64,000 bases of DNA from Bugula neritina (Eukaryota > Animalia > Bryozoa): positions 1,892,741 to 1,956,740 of the forward strand of contig OZ037768.1 in NCBI GenBank assembly GCA_964035545.1, written 5' to 3'. A program made the translations under genes and the position numbers. Shown here piece after piece: positions 38,801 to 53,240 of this stretch. The notes under the pieces were generated by a model, which was not told the origin of the DNA, ran no database searches, and worked only from the letters and a program-made list of their open reading frames with translations. Numbering within the stretch: the first letter of the stretch is position 1; each line of letters starts with the position of its first letter.

Positions 38801-41800
38801 TACTCCCTCCTAACCAGCTCCATACATAAATTAATCCCTTCTCTTTACAGTTTACATTGACTATTGCCATCATTTATTTCTGTATTCTGGTCTCTTAGGC
38901 TGAGAAATCAATAACTGAGTGCAGTTGGTCAGTCTAGTTCCTCTTAGCCTCAAACTCTCTTCTTGGCCAAGTGTGGACTGATTCATAGTAAAAGTGGTGA
39001 CGATTTTAAAATAATCTTTGGGTGAAGCATTTTGACCTATTTTTGAACTGACTGACTCGTAGTCCAACTCAGTTACTCAGTCACTGATAACTGGTACTGT
39101 TGTAGTAGTGTTGTTAGTCATTAGGCATTCAGTAAATTACAGTCATAACAAGTGAAAGTTTGGCACACGTAGCCCTTGGGTATAGTTTTCAGTAGTCTAT
39201 GTGGTATAATATTGTACTGGAAGTATAAGGCATAGCTCACTGCTTTTTCTAGCACTTTGTTTGTTCAACTATCCAGGTTCTGGGCGTGGAGTCATATAAT
39301 AAAAACACCATAAATCATATAAAATTAAATCATATGAATCAACTCTACATGTGCATATACATTTAGGTATAGTTGACACTGGTATAATGAGTGTTATGGG
39401 TTCATTGATATTTTAAATTAATTGAATTTTTTTTAGTCGTCAAACTTGCACATCAAAGGAAATAATTATACATTAATATCTGTCTAATTAAGTCACCGAA
39501 ATATTTTCAACAGCTGCTAAAATCAGTTGTTTAAAATAAAATATAGATTACTTATTTTTTTGGGGTTATCATTGTGATATTAACTCATGACTCTTAGAAA
39601 GTGATAGTTGAGTAACTTGACTTCCTTTGAGTCACAGAATTGATGAGTCATGTTTCAGTTCATTCATTTTGATGACTAACTATTCATTTTTTGAAGATTT
39701 CTTTTCATTTTGATAGTCAAAAAGTGCTTCTTGATTGACATATTTGATGGCAACTGTAAGACGACTGATAAAATTTATCGCCAACTAAAATCTCTAATGT
39801 GTCACATTCCCCACTCTCTAATCTCATTGTGAAAGTCTGGAATAATGAGCTAACAAGTGTCTTATGTTAGATAATACACAAGTACATACGTCACACGTTG
39901 CATGTCGTCATACTGCCTTTTATCTGAGACGTTATGAGGAGCTGCCATGTCACTGAGATCTTTTCCTACTCTTTATAATTAAGTGCTGAATTCACAAAAC
40001 AACTTTCCAACTAGACTACCATTATTTATACACATAATCAGCTACTGCAATTAGGAATCATCTTTTCTTACTTACATTGAACCTAAATTTTTTATCCTTT
40101 TACTTTCTCTAATCAATTTTCTGGGACAGGTTTTAGCAGATGTTGAAATATATTAGCCAGATGTTGGAGTTGAAATCAAACCTAAGCCTGTAGTAGATGT
40201 TGAAATGTGTATTTAATCGAATTATATGAGCTTGTCGTATGCTTGTGACATCACATCCTTTTTTAAATGATGATAAATATGTAATTTACATTCACAATTT
40301 CAAACTAAACCCTAAGATTATGGTGCAATTTCTCCTGGCATATTGTCTCATTATTCTTAATTATTGTAAATACACACGTGTGTGGGCTAATACTTACAGT
40401 ACATCCTATTCAGTGTATGTGACACTAAGTTGTATGTTTTCAGATCTCTGGTACTGAATCATATGAACGAGGAGCACAACTTCAACATAGGCCACCCAGA
40501 TAACCTCGGTAACTTTATAGTCGCACTCACTATGATCTTGTCTTTCAACTGATAGTCGCTTTGATTATGATTTTTCCATTCAACTGGTAGTCACTTTCAC
40601 TATAATGTTGTCTTTTAACCGACAGTCACATAAGAATTAAGAAAAGCGAAATGTGGCAATAAGTAACAAATAGCTATCAATGTCTATGATGCATCTACAT
40701 TACTGTACTAGTAACCACAATGCATTGTCACCCTTCCACTAATTAAATATGGAAATAATTTCTGTATTATGAAATTGTTGTTTAATAGTTGGCCTTTAAA
40801 TTTATTAATGTGAATTTATCATCTATTGTAGTTAATGTGAGAAGTTTTATAGAGAGGTTGAGATTCAGTTTGGACAGGTAAGGGAACTGTAGAATGTTCT
40901 AGAAATGTGCGTATGGTAAAGAATTACTTTTGAAATTCTAATTTTGTTTATTTGTATGTTTTTTCGCATATTTTTCAGTAAACTTTAATAACAAGCAGTC
41001 TGAAATTTTAGCTGTGGGCACATAATTTACTGCAACTGTGCCACCTGCTAGTATATTGTCTGCTGCACGATATAGCTAGTATCTCTGAGTAATTGTAAAA
41101 TATCTGTAAATCAGTCATTTGATGTACATTTGTGTAAACTGCAGTTGACTCATAATTTAATTCACTCTGTATACTTTACAGTAGTAAATCAGCTGAGATT
41201 ATAATTTAAAGTGAAAGTTTTGATGTACTTAGTAATTGTTGTCTGTATAATTAGTGAAGATTAATTTAGGATTCTCATCATAATGCTATCATCATTTCAT
41301 TAAGTAGATTAAACAGTGTAAACCAAATGAAATCCACCTGTTGCAATGTTATCTACCTGTTGCAATGTTCCCCCATGACTCTGCAGATTGGTGTGCTTGT
41401 ATTGTGAGAAAACCTTCAAAGACAAGTTTACCCTAAAAGAGCATATGAGAAAGAAACTACATAAGAAAGTCAACCCTAAAAATAAGGAATATGACCAATA
41501 TTACCTTGTGAACTACCTGGTAGGTAGATACAGTACTACCTGAAGAATTACTTTGTAGGTATATGCAGCATTACCTGGTGAACTACCTTGTAAGTATATG
41601 CAGTATTGTGTAGCAGAGTTGCTGTGTATTTTGTACGTCTATTTGACCAGGAAATGGGTGAGGAATGGATTGCTAATAAGTGTAAAAAGGTGATAAAAAG
41701 AAAAGAAAAAAGTGGAGTCACGGCGTACATCTCTAAACCTGGCGAAGAGAGGTTAGCGATGATGAAACTGTGTATTGAGTTCACATAAAATGATACTTCT

Positions 41801-44800
41801 TTTTGTACCAATCATTAAGTAGCTATGTATTCAGCAATATAGTCACATCTAACATCACTGATCTCTAATATCTAACACTATTGATTTCTAATATAAAACA
41901 AAGAAGATGTAGTAAATTGTATTGGCAAGTGTGATTGGGGAAAGTAGTAACAGATAAAATCATTCTGCCTTCAACAAACCATTGCGTAATGGTAGGAGAA
42001 AAAGTCTCTAAACTTGGGACTTAATCACATGACCTGTGCGTTATCTTCCACCTGTAGCTTATATGTGTGGTAAACCGCTGAAACATGGAGTATAGGACGT
42101 AGTGGCCCTGCAATACATACCAACTGGTCTAGTGATTGATGGCTGAGTGTAATGTTATGTATTAGCGCAATTTGTCTCTAGTAAATCACCCCAAATCGTT
42201 TTCTGCTATATAGTCTGAGTCATCTGCTATATAGTCTGAGGACGTCTGCTGTATAGTCTGAGGACGTCTGCTGTATAGTCTGAGGACGTCTGCTGTATAG
42301 TCTGAGGACGTCTGCTGTATAGTCTGAGGACGTCTGCTGTATAGTCTGAGGACGTCTACTGTATAGTCTGAGGGCGTCTGTTGTATAGTCTGAGGTTTTT
42401 CTGCTATATAGTCTGAGGACATCTGCTATATAGTCTGAGGTCGTCTGCTATATAGTCTGAGGCCGTCTGCTATATAGTCTGAGGGCGTCTGCTGTATAGT
42501 CTGAGGACGTCTACTGTATAGTCTGAGGGCGTCTGCTATATAGTCTGAGGTCAGATTACACTCCCCTCTTTCTTTTCATCATATCAGATATTTACCTGCA
42601 GTAATGTACCTGCTGTACATTCCATCTATTCTGTTTACCCAGTGAATTTGTATGGCATTGTTATGTCGGCCATTATTTAATCTCCTCCTATATATTATAT
42701 TATACAGCTTGCAAACAACTTGAGTGCATGCACACACTTGGTAGGTTACTTGTCTTCATATCTCAGAATATTTATCTCCCATAATGCAATGCATATGACT
42801 TACAATTAATATGTATTTATGCATAATTATTGTAATTTTTCTTGTATATTTTGTTGTGATGGTAATTTTAATTTAGCTGTGTTTTTCTAGTGACACAGAA
42901 GAAGGTTGGTTGGAGGGGGAGGACACCACCCTATCTCAACAGTTCAGAGCTCTATGTCTATTCTGTGAATACACTGGAGATAATAGTTGTAATGTGTATC
43001 AGCACATGGCTGTAAGTATGTCCTAGCGAATCTTGTATATAGTAAGTACATTTAGTAAGTACATATAGTAAGTACATTTAGTGAGTACATATAGTAAGTA
43101 TATATAGTAAGTACATAGAGTAAGTACATATAGTTAGTATATATAGTAAGTACATATAGTAAGTATATATAGTAAGTACATAGAGTAAGTATATATAGTA
43201 AGTGCATAGAGTAAGTGCATAGAGTAAGTACATATAGTAAGTGCATGTGGTACGTACCATGACACTCCTTATACAAACAAATTGAGTGGAATTCTTGGAA
43301 AGAAGTTAATACATTTATCTAATAATTAATTAGGAAGCTTATAAGCAGATTAACACATTATCTCCATATACCATGTATTAGTATATCTCCATATACCATG
43401 TATTAGTATATCTCCATATACCATGTATTAGTATATCTCCATATACACTGTATTAGTATATCTCCATATACCATGTATTAGTATATCTCCATATACCATG
43501 TATTAGTATATCTCCATATACACTGTATTAGTATATCTCCATACCATGTATTAGTATATCTCCATATACCATGTATTAGTATATCTCCATATACTGTATT
43601 AGTATATCTCCATATACCATGTATTCGTATATCTCCATATACCATGTATTAGTATATCTCCATACACTGTATTAGTATATCTCCATACCATGTATTAGTA
43701 TATCTCCATATACCATGTATTAGTATATCTCCATACACCATGTATTAGTATATCTCCATACACTGTATTAGTATATCTCCATACCATGTATTAGTATATC
43801 TCCATATACTGTATTAGTATATCTCCATATACTGTATTAGTATATCTCCATACACCATGTATTAGTATATCTCCATACACTGTATTAGTATATCTCCATA
43901 CCATGTATTAGTATATCTCCATATACTGTATTAGTATATCTCCATACACCATGTATTAGTATATCTCCATATACTGTATTAGTATATCTCCATATACTGT
44001 ATTAGTATATCTCCATACACCATGTATTAGTATATCTCCATACACTGTATTAGTATATCTCCATACCATGTATTAGTATATCTCCATATACTGTATTAGT
44101 ATATCTCCATATACCATGTATTAGTATATCTCCATATACCATGTATTAGTATATCTCCATACACTGTATTAGTATATCTCCATACACTGTATTAGTATAT
44201 CACCATACACTGTATTAGTATATCACCATATACCATGTATTAGTATATCTCCATACACCATGTATTAGTATATCACCATACACTGTATTAGTATATCTCC
44301 ATATACTGTATTAGTATATCTCCATATACTGTATTAGTATATCTCCATACACTGTATTAGTATATCTCCATATACTGTATTAGTATATCTCCATATACCA
44401 TGTATTAGTATATCTCCATACACTGTATTAGTATATCTCCATATACTGTATTAGTATATCTCCATACACTGTATTAGTATATCTCCATACACTGTATTAG
44501 TATGTGTGTGCAAAGAGCCTACCTACCTCAATACCTGTTACTTAGTCTATTTAGACCCCGGACCTTCTCTAATTTATCTTCTGAGCAAATTCTTTACTCT
44601 TTCTTTTTTCTAACTAGGCCATATTTTAACTCTCTGATTTCTAATACCGCATTTTTGACATGAGAAAATGAAAATCCTGTTGGTTTTGGTGCTGGTGTTA
44701 ATGTTTTATGTAGATCTGCAAGCTACTTCTTGTTTTATACGCTTCTCTAATGCTGCTTTGTCTGATTTCATGATGTAGGAATCTCATGGCTTTGATATTT

Positions 44801-45646
44801 CCTCCCTGAAAGAAGAAAACAGTTTAAATTTCTACCACCAAATCAAGATTATAAACTACGTGAGGTTTCAAGTGAGTTCTTCCTTTTTTACATAATTTAG
44901 AAGTTTTAGGTGCAGCCAAACAGCAATTTATGTTCTGTTTACCGAAACGCTTGCTGTAACATAATGGAAAGTTTATTTGGTAATTGCTGGTACTTGACAA
45001 CACATGCATTGGCCAATCATCAGAAGGTTTACAAGTAGGTATTGGCCAATCACCAGAAGGTTTACAAGTAGTTATTGGCCGAGTTAAAAAGGTGTCACAT
45101 TAAATCAAGCATTCTCTGACACAAATTTCGAATTCAAACTCGGATCTACATCTGTCATAAGAAAAGGCTACAGATGGTTGCAGATAGGAGTTGTAGATAG
45201 GAGTTGTAGATGGGAGTTGTAGATAGGAGTTGCAGAAAGGAGTTGCAGATAGGAGTTGCAGATAGGAGTTGCAGATAGGAGTTGCAGATAAGCATGTTGT
45301 AAGGGTAGCTAATCCCGTATTAGTACAGGTTATCCCATTAGGATGAGTGCATGTCACCAACTTCAGTCCCAATTATCCTAATTCCACATCTAGTTTCTTC
45401 TTCTTTCTCAGTTATGTAGCTCAGCGCATTCTCTCTGCATGCAAATAGGAGGACCAAAAGTGTCACATGGCTTTGAACAGTCAACAATCTGTTTCTTATT
45501 TTGTGTTTTCCTATATGAGGAGCCTATCTTTAGACATGTGAGTTACAAGACTGAGCTGTTTGGAAGGAAGGAGTTGGTTTTATGTTAGTACTTGCTGATC
45601 ATTCTAGAGGTAAATCGCTCCATAAGTTACCATTGGTTAGTTATTC

Positions 45647-45725
<79 letters not shown>

Positions 45726-48700
45726 CAGTCAGTCAGTTATTCAGTCAGTCAGTTATTCAGTCAGTTAGTTAGTTATTCAGTCAGTTAGTCAGTTAGTTAT
45801 TCAGTCAGTTAGTTAGTCAGTTAGTTAGTTAGTCAGTTAGTCGGTCTGATTTTTATTCTGTATCCTGTCTATTTCACCGCAGCATTGGCTAAAGATGCAT
45901 AATATCTCTAACGCTTTGCTCCAGCTTCTAGTTTTTGCTCGTTTGCTTTATTCCAGGAGTAGACAACTTTTGACAGAAAGGTTTAGGTCACGCCTGTTTG
46001 CTGCAAACGTAAATATTGTTGAGTGACGCTGTTTGTAGAGAAGTGATTGCGTAGAATTCTACTCTCAAGCCCTTGTGGAGTACTTCAGTTGGCATAATTT
46101 AGTAAACAGAATGGCTACGTTATACTCAGTCAATACTCGCTGACCTTCTTAACCAAATAGGCAGTAGTAGACTTGCTCTGTTGAGGTGATTGTAACACGA
46201 GCATCTATTTACACAGTGTGTATATCTATACCTCTCATGCTTCCTTCCGTCTTCCCTCTTTATACACACATATGTTGTGAAGCTGTAAATCAAATATTGG
46301 CACACTGCCCTCAAGCACCAGATACAGGCAGTCTGCTGCCAAGTCATTATATGGCAGCGTCAGCAGACGAATACCTGCCCACTCTCCTGTGACTGTAAAC
46401 ATTGCTATTTGCTCAAATTGTATATCATATTGTGAAACAGATTCAACTTTCTAATGGAAGTCTGTCATTATTAAGACAATTTTAATTTTTATATTTGGTT
46501 CTATTTAAAATAAATGTCTTAAAAACCCATTTTGCTAGCAAAGTCTTCCAGGATGTGAAGCAGTGTTTTTCTTGTGTGAATAACACCATAAAGCTTAACC
46601 CATAAACAAGTTGGTGATTTTATAACATAATATATAGCCATCCGTATCAGCAATGATTAGCTTGTGGTGGACTTGATTTATTCCAGATTTGCAGTAAATA
46701 AAAATTATGGCAGTGAGAAAAGTAGCAAGGGTTACACCCACAAATAATTTATTAATTACCATTTATCACTGGCATAAAATCTACTGTTTAACCACACATA
46801 CACAGTGCTTGTTCATTGAGAAGAAAATGATGATACACTGCTGTGAATAATCGCATGGTCAACTCGCATTCAGAAGGTCACTTGCTGCTTCTCAAATATT
46901 TTGTTTTGGTTTCTAGCATTTCTAAAATCATACAAATGCAGCTTATAATCTCCAATTTGTAAATGTTTGACTAGAATTAAATACTTAATACTGTGTACCT
47001 CTCGGAGAGGAAGGGAGCCAAGTGGAATGCGACATTCTAATCAAAATGAGGTAATTTTCTTAGGATGTCCTGAAATATTTGCAGTTACTAGTTCAGTTCC
47101 AGTAAGTTAAAGTGTGTGGGACTGGAAGTCACCCGTAGCATACGTATAGGGAAGAAGTTGGAACCCAGCTACTTATTATGTCATTTCCTATTCGATTCTG
47201 AAGACGGAAGAAAGTGGCTTTTGTGGAAATGAGGGAAAAATTTGCGTAACCGTCAATGATTCTACAAATTTACAGGAATTAGTTTTCTTTTTGTGTAGAA
47301 GAAAGAATTTCAGTGTGAGATATGTAAATATGCATTTCACATTCCCAGCAGATCTTGTGATCTGTTTTTGAAAGAGGTTTTATGGTTGGTTCACATGCAT
47401 TAGGTTTTGGTACAACTTCTAAATGTTTTAATTGAGTTGCATATAAATGAAGGTCTTATTGCTGTAGCACAGTTGAGGCTCTATAAGGTGGTGTTCTGGT
47501 CCTATCAACTGGTAGGTAGAGCTGATAGGCCTTCTCCAACTCTTGGTTGATGGAGGGAGAAACTTAAGTTGCTATCACTATGAGTAATATTGTGCCATCA
47601 ACTGTGGTTGAAGGGAGATTAGCTGCTCTGAATCTAATGAGTCATTTGTTTTCACTATTTATTAGTCATCCGAATTTATTCCTATGAACAAACCTGGCTT
47701 TCAAAAACCTTTCATATACATCTTTCTGGTTTAACCCAGCCGCCAGCCACTGAATTCCAAATTCCACCTGTGGTGTAGAAGGTCATTGCTCCTCTGTTCT
47801 GTGAATAGCCAGAGTATCACAATGTCAGTGCTCTAGGGGGCAGTGGTAGCCATTTCTGTTGAAATATGGCTGTTCCTCTGGTCGATAACTCAGTTTATCT
47901 CACGGGCAGACATGATGAAGTCGCATGGGAATGTCTTTCTGTTATTTTTATGTCGGTAAGGCATGTGGTTTCTACCAAATTTCTAATAATCTACTTACGG
48001 GTGCAAATACCATGATTTCAAACCTCAGTGTTCGTTTAAACTCTCCTAGTTGAGATTTAGTGTGTATTTATCTAAAATGTGTCTCTAAACTGTCTTTACC
48101 TGCAACTTTAGTTCTCCAGACAACTACTGGTAAGGGAGGAAAGCAGGTAGCTAATTGGGCAATGTAACAAGATTTTTGTGTACTATTGACAATGATACTA
48201 AACTGGGCTGCAATAACTTTTATTTAATATTTACTTCTTCATGTATAAAAGTACGAGTAGCTCACAGCTTTATCACAGTGGAGCAGTTTTTTTTGTTTTA
48301 ATCAAATGCTATTTGCTCCTAAGAATGTCTAGTTGCGTGCTTGCAATACTGTACTCTAAACATCTAGAGAGCTCATTGTCAGTGGCCTTGACATCAACAT
48401 CTGTGACTGTCTCACCTTCCTGTACCCACCTGGTCACTGCTGCCAGTTGCTGACAGGTTAACTGCTGTCTTGTAGGTGGTTGCTAAGAAATGCGTTGCTT
48501 GTGGCGTCCAGTTTAAAGATGGCCGGTTACTAGCTGATCACATGACTAGTTCGGGACACATCACTTCCTTTGTGAAGGACCGGGCTGCCTGGGACCAGCC
48601 CATGTATGTATTCAGTATACCCTGTAGCACTGAATGTATGTTATGTAGCGCCAATTGTGTACATAAATGTGCATGTAGCTGTAGCACATCATGCGTGTAG

Positions 48701-51700
48701 CTAAAATAAAGATGGCAAACCATTTGCAGCCATTGACTAAACATTTTTGTTCTATATATAACATCTTCTTTCAATAAATTCCAATGAGATGATAATAAAT
48801 ATAATAAGCTAACAAATAATATAACATGATTACATAAACATTGAAGATAAAGGGATATTAAATATAAGATAATAGTATAGAATCTGCATTGAAATGCACT
48901 CAGCTGGTAGGATTATCTCCTCTTTCCAATAACATCCCATGTCTAATGACAAAATCATTTCTGTTAGTTCCATTTACCTCTTCTGTCACTGCCATAAGAC
49001 AAGTTTATACTCTATTTCCTTCGGGATTAGTCAAATTCTTTCTCAATTATTTTAAAGGCAAATGACTTTTTTCAGTTTATCCTTATTGTCCTTTTCCTTA
49101 TTTTATATTTTTGAGAGAAGTCAAGGAAAATACATCTAGATTGATCTGTAAAATTTAATATCAATTTCACTCAAATTTAATCTAAAAGTTGGAAGTTAAA
49201 ACCTTTTTATTTGAGCTGACCGCGGCAAGTTTTTTTTCTGAATGAAAGATTTTAAAATCTTTTCATTTAAGTAATCAAAGCTTTTGCTTCAAATCTTGAA
49301 GAAAGACTAGGTGCGTCACAATTCATATATGCGGTATTTTAACTATTGTGGCTATTCCATTTTAACTTTTGCATTAAGCATTGTGGTAGAAGGTAAATAT
49401 GTTGCATCATTTGTACGGTGACTGGAGTTGTAGTGTGGAGACATTGGGACAGGCCATTGTATGAATGTATCGTAATTTATGAATGGTTGGTGGTGGGAGT
49501 TTATTTGGTGAGTTGATAAGCTGGGGGTAGACACAGGTTTAGTGACGTCAGCCACTTGGTAGTCTACTGGATTATCTACCAGAGGATCTCATAATTCCTT
49601 CATCCTGTTTTATAAAACTTTACAAACTACTTTATTATATCATTTTGGCTGTTTGTGTGTTCATTAGTGGAGATAAAGTAACCGCAAATCTGCAAATCTT
49701 TCTCTTTGCTGCTCCTTCATTCAAAGTTATGTTTTTGTTTTTATGTTCAGAACAAAATAAAATGACCTTCACACTTCTGAAATACAATAACATTTGAGTG
49801 AATAAAATTCGCCTTATCCTAGTTTATATGCTAGTATATAGAGCTCAGTATAATATTAGGTCTGTGAACAGTAAACTCAAGTCTCTGCATAACCTTCTTT
49901 AAGCAAGAAAATAATATATCTGCTTGGGGGCGGCCTAGAGATATCTCTTTATTATAAACTGGTTACTTGTTGGCGCTCTGCTTAAAGTCATACTGTAGAC
50001 ATCAAGTGGCTAAGTGGTGGTCATCAAAGCTCTGACCATGTCTACTAACAATAGAAATACACATGGTTGGAGTTGCGGTCAGTTTACCTGTTGACACTTG
50101 TCAACTTTATGTGGACACTCTGTACATGTGCACATCAAGTGCTTTTTGTCAACACAAAAACAACTTAACTAAAGTTGTTTATCTGTAAATAGTGGGATAC
50201 CCTTTTTAACTTTCTGTGTTTATTTCATCATTTATGTCCCAATATCTGGTGGCTTTACTTCATATAGGTTTGTTTTCTACATTTATAGGTAATTTATTGA
50301 TATGAATATACATAGATATTGTTTTGAATATATATATAGATATTGTTTCTGATTTATTTAAATTATAATGAGTTAAGAATTAATTAATTTAGTTCTGGGT
50401 CTTGTTGATCCTTAGTGTTTTAATAATATTGATTAATAATATGTCATGACATGGTTGAATGAGCTAATATGATTGGATGTTGATTATATAAAGTGGATAG
50501 TAATTGTTCATTGTTTACTACATTTGTCCAGGCACTACTCTGTAACCCAGCCATTTCATCAATCATACATAAAATGTAATCTGCACCACAATAATTATTA
50601 GTTTTCACCTCCAATACTTTCCACCAACCAAAATTTCTCATTCCCCTTAGCTTCAAATTTGAAAAAATAAAACCCAAAAAGTATGTAGGTTATTTGAAAT
50701 ATTGCTAAAATACTGTACAATAATATGTACCCTGCTGGCTGTAGTTTATGGTTTGCGGTTATTCCAATAATTTTGGTAAAAACTCAAAAATTGAAATTTT
50801 AGTCATTTTATTAAAAAGGGACAACCTCAGTAAAAAGAAACAAGCTGCATGCTTATAATAAAGCACATTAAGCCACGCCCACAAATTTTCCTGGTAGTAT
50901 AAACAGTAGAATTAATATCGGTCCACTTTTACTGTACATTGTAACTACAGCTACCAGATTTCCACTGATTACAATTATAATGTTTTTAATTTTGGTGATT
51001 AAGATTGCATTGGATGAGATTATGTATATTATTGGATAGATCATAATACCCATGTCGAAAATTGGCTCCGTGCCAGTAAGGTGAAACCTCGGCCAGTATA
51101 GAAGAAAGTGTGAGCAGAGTACACATGACTCAGTATTATGTCATGACTTGTGTATTACCAAGTATCACTTGGTGCATATCTACACCCAGTGTAGGTTAAT
51201 TCAATTTAATCATAATTTTTTGTCTAGAAAAATACGCATGAAAAATGTCGTATCTTCAGCATTGCAACGTGCAATCACAAGGGTGTAGTAATTTAGTGAT
51301 GCTAACAATTTTATGGCTGGTTACCTTTTTAAAAATGTTAGAGTTGTGGCAAAGTTTAAATTAACATGTGTTGGTACTCCATCCATAGTATGTTTATTGC
51401 CCAACTATAATAAATATAATAAACTATAACAAATACAACATTTAGCTGGAGGCATGGGAACTATCCAAGTGTTGGGCACTGCATGGCTAGACTTAAATTG
51501 CTAGTTTTGAGTGGTATAGCTCTGCAAATTTCCATCAAGTGTATTTAGCTTATTATTATTGTATATTTATTTTATTAATATTGCCAAGTATATGGGAAGC
51601 TGATGCTTATTGCCAATTAGTAGGGCTATTTGCTTGGTGAGGTTAATTTATTTTTCTGGTATTTTGTGATATTGGGGAATTTTGCAATATGGTAATTAGT

Positions 51701-52484
51701 TGGCAAAGGCTATTAGAATATTTAAATGGAAGTAATTAGCTGCACTTTAGGTAAGGTAATGAGTGGAGTAATTCTGTTTTGTGGTAGTCAACAAGCTTCA
51801 ACTATTTCTGTTATTCACTGCAGGGGTTGAGGGATTCTTGCAGTTATTAACTGAGACTCTGTTTACTACACCGCAATGAATCACAACTCATTCTACACAT
51901 GATATTTTCTTACCTGGAACGGACTATTTTTCCTTCTACGGTTATCATTCTTCTAAAGTTACTGTGTTTGTCTCAAATAACTCTCACTACACCTAGATCG
52001 GCCAAATCCTTTCTTCAAATTTTTGAAGACTCATTTTAGAACATCATTTAAAAACAGGCCATCTTTTGTGCCAAGCTGAAATCGTTGTAAAGCAATTTTT
52101 CATCTATTGTTATAAAATTTTGCTTTAATCCGACTAAATTAATTGAAAATTTACATTCAAACCAATTTTAATTGCAGTAATCAGCCAAGAAATGTTATGT
52201 TTATTAAATGCAATAAATTATCTAAAAACAATTAACAAAAAATTATCCAGTAAGGTGTTTTGGGTTGTTTTAATTTTTAATTATCTCTTTTAAGGTTCTA
52301 CTTTTCCACGTATGAGAATGACAATCTGCTTAGTGGAGAGGCGGATGGTATGGAGGATCCCATAGCTGGGGAGGACTGGGTGATACCTGAAGACAGGTCA
52401 TCCGTGGAATCTGATGTCATCTTATACATGACCTCAATACTAAAGGTGTCATACACTATACCCAATGTGTTATCTTATATATGA
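35836..52484 (+). CDS. ZNF277: Zinc finger protein 277, ~12 exons; exact C-terminus uncertain
   Basis: CLLCRQC...HILHSHGLVIADV...YVEYWR...YYMLSPLLPEDEQLR...CLFCAEVYSGNR|SLVLNHMNEEHNFNIGHPDNL...CLYCEKTFKDKFTLKEHMRKKLHKKVNPKNKEYDQYYLVNYL...CLFCEY...HGFD...LNFYHQIKIINYVR...CVACGVQF...WDQPM|FYFSTYENDNLL. Confidence 0.93.
42200..42551. repeat. 22-bp minisatellite (ctgctgtatagtctgaggacgt)
   Basis: About 16 copies in a ZNF277 intron. Confidence 0.95.
43036..43245. repeat. 13-bp minisatellite (agtaagtacatat) containing the GTAAGT donor consensus
   Basis: About 16 copies starting about 25 bp after the true donor at 43012. Confidence 0.9.
43359..44503. repeat. 23-25 bp minisatellite (tatctccatataccatgtattagta)
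   Basis: About 47 copies with several interspersed unit variants. Confidence 0.95.
45175..45292. repeat. 13-bp minisatellite (gcagataggagtt)
   Basis: About 9 copies. Confidence 0.9.
45636..45842. repeat. (TTAG)n/(TCAG)n microsatellite
   Basis: Tetranucleotide run. Confidence 0.95.
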
Positions 52485-52718
52485 CCTCAATACTAAAGGT
52501 GTCATACACTATACCCAATGTGTCATCTTATACATGACCTCAATACTAAAGGTGTCATACACTATGCTCCATGTGTCATCTTATACATGACCTCAATACT
52601 AAAGGTGTCATACACTATATTCAATGTGTCATCTAATACATGGCCTCAATACTAAAGGTGTCATACACTATATTCAATGTGTCATCTAATACATGGCCTC
52701 AATACTAAAGGTGTCATA
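52415..52718. repeat. 53-bp x6 tandem repeat overlapping the end of the last recognisable ZNF277 exon
   Basis: tgtcatcttatacatgacctcaatactaaaggtgtcatacactatacccaatg; copies at 52415, 52468, 52521, 52574, 52627, 52680. Confidence 0.93.
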
Positions 52719-53084
52719 TATGTACATCTATAACTCAAATTTATTTATAGAATATGAATAGAGCTCAAGGAAAAGACAGCTCAATAGATCACCCTTGACA
52801 CTCCTAGAACTGATGTAAGTATGTATTTTAGTGTACAGAGGGCTTCGCTTTTCTTGTACATAGTTATTCACTTTGAATTTATCCAAATAAATTTGCTGAA
52901 GTTGGCTGAAAAAGTTGAAAAAATAACTGCAGGTTAAAGACAGTTACTTGGCAGCAATTCATCGGCAGCATTGTTTATATATGTGTTATACATGTTACTA
53001 TATCCAAGTGTTGTGTTTTACAGAGACCTCTGACTCTCCATAGACTCCTTCTCTATAGCCAGGTATTCCACATGTTAACCCCTA

Positions 53085-53240
53085 CTACTATATATAGTAG
53101 TAGTATATAGTATTACATAATATATTATAGTAATACTATATATAGTGGTAGTATATAGTATTACATAATATATTATAGTAATACTATATGTAGTAGTAGT
53201 AGTATATAGTATTACATAATATATTATAGTAATACTATCT
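53085..53240. repeat. ~51-bp x3 AT-rich tandem repeat with internal palindromes
   Basis: ctactatatatagtagtagtatatagtattacataatatattatagtaata repeated. Confidence 0.85.

Noticed and set aside
38400-39300. Antisense coding-like fragments in a ZNF277 intron
   Set aside because: Frames are interrupted and no domain is recognisable; possibly a decayed TE.
5906-44503. Regular repeat arrays as possible CRISPR
   Set aside because: Head-to-tail units without unique spacers, eukaryotic context, no cas genes.
45636-45842. (TTAG)n as interstitial telomere
   Set aside because: Not TTAGGG or TTAGG; ordinary tetranucleotide microsatellite.
46000-52100. Nested gene in the large ZNF277 introns
   Set aside because: Scattered splice-like sites and short ORFs, but I could not build a consistent frame or identify a family.
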